Shown: positions 62,871-64,000 of the stretch, piece by piece
Layout: every line of letters begins with the position of its first letter
Position numbering within the stretch: the first letter of the stretch is position 1
NCBI RefSeq assembly: GCF_006345805.1
Contig: NC_042998.1
Location: forward strand, 106,702,001-106,766,000
Direction of reading: 5' to 3'
Source: Octopus sinensis
Lineage: Eukaryota
DNA: 64,000 nt
Notes under the pieces: generated by a model
What the model was told of the DNA's origin: nothing
The model's input: only the letters and a program-made list of their open reading frames with translations
Databases searched by the model: none
Translations under genes and position numbers: made by a program

Positions 62871-64000
62871 TAAAACATCATTAGCTTTATAAAGTTGGCA
62901 AAATTCTAAGCTCATTTTAAAAATTAGTTGGAATTTCATCTTTTTCCCTCACATTTTATATTTTAGTTTTTCACTGAAACTTGACAATCGACTACTGATT
63001 TGTAATTATGATTATCCTTTGGATCCAAGCCATTGTTCATCTTTGTATAGCATTCTTTAATTCATTTTCTACACATTTTTTATTCTCTTCTTGCCTCACA
63101 CTTGTCATAATGCTCTCTTTTTCTCTTTCTCATATGATGCTATTGACTGTCTCCCATATATTTTCCTACCTTTGTAAGTTAGCAGATATTACTGTTGAGA
63201 AAGCCTCATTAATTACTTAGTTTTATTTCTATCATTTCTTCAATACTTGTGTGATTAAACGTCGCTTATTTTTGTAAAATCACATTTGGAATTAGAAAAC
63301 ATTTCATTGGAAATGCATTAAAAGTTGGTTGTCTTATGTCACAGTATGGGATTATTTCTCTCATACAGAGCTTCAAACATTGATCCTTTCAAAGTCCCTA
63401 AAAAACCTGATCTGACCAAAAATATATCCATACTGGAGATGACATAGACATACATGTATTTATTTCATAGGTTCAAATTGGGAACATTGAATGCATTTAT
63501 TCCTGTTACTAGGTTTAAATGCTGGTCCAGACTACGGTAATAAATATACTGCTCAAAGAATATGTGAATATTAGACAAAAAGAAAGCTTTCAGACATGTG
63601 CTCCTGATTAAAAGTTACTTTCATTGATCTCTTTGTCATTTTGTAGTTTTATCAACGACATACTGCTAGAAGTATTATGAAAGATGCTGTTCAGTTATAT
63701 GTTAAGACGGTTCATAAGTTAGAATATTGATGAACTTCAAATATAAGCTGGAGTTGTGCAATCATTCTGCCTTCTCTCTCTCCATTGTCTTTCAAGGACC
63801 ATAGCTTCCTTACTTCTTATTTCTGTCAAAATAAAGCCCTCATAGATACTGTGATAGAAAGTTATTAATTATTTTTACCAATTTCAATCAACTTACTTTC
63901 TGTTCTTGGGTTTTCTTATTACTGTTATTGTTATTATTATGAGTACTTTCACGAGGGTGGTGTGAGGACTAAGACAGTAAGGCATTGGGCTAAATGCTTT

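Overview
AT-rich, intron-rich animal genomic DNA. The SINE/RTE-tail and (TA)n/(CA)n repeat landscape resembles octopod cephalopod genomes; this is recalled, not searched. The window holds one protein-coding gene, on the + strand: a GW182/TNRC6 miRNA-silencing scaffold. Eight phase-compatible exons lie between 34682 and 52875 (5468 nt including the stop). They encode, in order, a GW/W-rich Argonaute-binding region, UBA, a Q-rich region, CIM1, PAM2, P-GL and a C-terminal RRM, ending GGESM*. The true 5' end is unresolved, with candidate upstream exons at 7266-7340, 27097-27135 and 33037-33203. Introns carry decayed transposons (a hAT/hATm-like element with ~130-bp TIRs, piggyBac relics, an RTE LINE fragment and many SINE/RTE-tail copies). 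About 10 kb after the stop has no recognisable SINE and looks like a very long 3'UTR. I found no clearly new biological system. The best leads concern regulation of this gene: a 33-Q tract between two Ago-hook motifs, alternative N-termini, an inverted retroposon pair around an in-frame GW exon, an intronic hairpin, and clustered seeds of ancient miRNAs in the putative 3'UTR.
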